Part shown: piece by piece, positions 62,725-64,000 of the stretch | Layout: every line of letters begins with the position of its first letter | Numbering within the stretch: position 1 is the stretch's first letter | Notes under the pieces: model-generated | Seen by the model: the letters and a program-made list of their open reading frames with translations, nothing else | Databases searched by the model: none | Told to the model about the DNA's origin: nothing | Made by a program: the position numbers and the translations under genes | Assembly (NCBI GenBank): GCA_963803705.1 | Contig: CAWDNU010000001.1 | Coordinates: 32,001-96,000, forward strand | DNA length: 64,000 nucleotides | Direction of reading: 5' to 3' | Source of the DNA: an uncultured Pseudobdellovibrionaceae bacterium | GTDB taxonomy: Bacteria; Bdellovibrionota; Bdellovibrionia; Bdellovibrionales; UBA1609

Positions 62725-63598
62725 CGCTGATTATTTTTTGAGTAAGTAAGGTTGTTAAAAAAAACACCACTGAAACACAAAGCGCCAGGTGCATCATAAA
62801 TTCAAAACCAGAAAAAAATTGTAGTTGCACCAAACTTGAATACTCTTCGCTCATTTGCAAAAAAACTGAATACATAGCCGTCATTGCAAAAATAAACCCT
62901 GCTAAGGATAAAAAAGTACCTTCAAGAATTAATGGCCACCTTATAATATTTTTTTTAAACCCTAAAATTCGAAATAGATTTATTTTATTTTTATGTTCTT
63001 TTAAAGATAATGTTAGAAGTAGATACAATAATATAAATACTGATAAATACAGAGCAAGCATAAACATAAATAGACCCCATCTATTTTCTAGATAAAGCTC
63101 TGCAACCTTGTGAAGTTTGGGAAATGGTGTAGCTATGTCCGCAACTCCATTTTGAATTATAAACCTTTTTTTAATTTTAGAAGCTAAAACTATTTTTTGA
63201 ATACTTGACTGGTTAGGAAAATCGACCTTTATAAGCTTAGGCACATAATCATTGATGTCCTCGTACTTTAACCCCACGGCGCTTTTTTGAACGTCCTCTT
63301 CAATCATGAAATTGTAAACTTGTTCGTTCGACATAATCATGAGTTCAAGACTTTTATCTATGCCCAATATTTCAGCTTTCAAATTTTCAATAACAGGATC
63401 TGATACATCGGGTTTTAGCACCAACATCAATTCATAGTTAGCAGTAGTGCTTTCAAACGTATAAAAAAGATTTTTTATGCCAAATGAAGTAAAAATTAAT
63501 ATGAAATAAGTGCAAGCAAATGAAAGCATAAACGAAATAGAACGCCAAGGATAGGCGCCAACATTTCTGCTAAATTCATTGTACATAAACTTAAACAT
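62705..63598 (-). CDS. ftsX: Cell division permease FtsX-like
   Basis: Four-TM layout with periplasmic loop; INLFRILG...IRWPLILEG. Confidence 0.8.
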   Translation of the reverse strand: MFKFMYNEFSRNVGAYPWRSISFMLSFACTYFILIFTSFGIKNLFYTFESTTANYELMLVLKPDVSDPVIENLKAEILGIDKSLELMIMSNEQVYNFMIEEDVQKSAVGLKYEDINDYVPKLIKVDFPNQSSIQKIVLASKIKKRFIIQNGVADIATPFPKLHKVAELYLENRWGLFMFMLALYLSVFILLYLLLTLSLKEHKNKINLFRILGFKKNIIRWPLILEGTFLSLAGFIFAMTAMYSVFLQMSEEYSSLVQLQFFSGFEFMMHLALCVSVVFFLTTLLTQKIISDDFIEN

Positions 63599-64000
63599 CT
63601 AATATTTTTCCCTGGCTAATTTCGATCGTTCTTTGAGAGTACTTTTTAATAAGCTCGTCGTTATGAGATGCAATAACTAAAGTGTTATTAAATTCGGCAA
63701 ATAAGTCCATTACCCTAAAACTAGTTTTCAAATCTAAATTCCCAGTAGGCTCATCTGCTATTATCAAATCTGGTTTTTGAATTAGCGTGCGAGCTATAGC
63801 AACTTGCTGTTTTTGCCCACCAGATAAAGTTTCGATATTTTTATCTTTTAAGTTTTTGATATCCAAGGATTCGAGGACAAATTCTACCTCTTTTAAATCT
63901 TTGGGCTCGCCAGTAGCATACAATGGCAAAATTATATTCTCGTACACGTTTCTGTCCCTCAATAATTTGAAGTCTTGAAAAATAACTCCGACTTTTCTTC
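63591..64000 (-). CDS. ftsE: Cell division ABC ATPase FtsE (partial, 5' end outside the window)
   Basis: GVIFQDFKLL, LSGGQKQ, ADEPTGNLD; overlaps ftsX. Confidence 0.85.
   Translation of the reverse strand, partial: RKVGVIFQDFKLLRDRNVYENIILPLYATGEPKDLKEVEFVLESLDIKNLKDKNIETLSGGQKQQVAIARTLIQKPDLIIADEPTGNLDLKTSFRVMDLFAEFNNTLVIASHNDELIKKYSQRTIEISQGKILDV

Overview
AT-rich bacterial chromosome segment. Gene content (TPR-winged-helix regulator, S74-chaperone fibre protein, PilZ protein, cN-II nucleotidase, many secreted hypotheticals) points to a Bdellovibrionota genome; this is inference. The backbone carries tyrosine catabolism (FAH, maiA), a caa3-type cytochrome c oxidase cluster, secA, trmL, glnB-glnA, pepN, liuBCDE, a pantothenate/CoA operon, tRNA-Val(TAC), clpP-clpX-lon, pepA, an ArsA/Get3-pair-EI24-gshA operon, tig and ftsE-ftsX-envC-ctpA. 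Many housekeeping genes have small frameshifts, most likely uncorrected sequencing errors. An accessory island (about 45.1-54.5 kb) holds an IS1202-like element with TGT...ACA ends, a 16-bp target duplication and a passenger lipoprotein. It also holds a second orphan copy of that element's right end, a large transglutaminase-like secreted protein, an IS110 relic with a structured left end, and a hicAB module whose toxin starts with ATT. Other notable items: an apparent PanC-CoaBC fusion, a divergent PII protein and a lipoyl-lysine-less GcvH-like protein flanking glnA, two long TTAA-bounded palindromes, and a HExxH peptidase split by one in-frame TAG. All alignments were done by eye and no searches were run.
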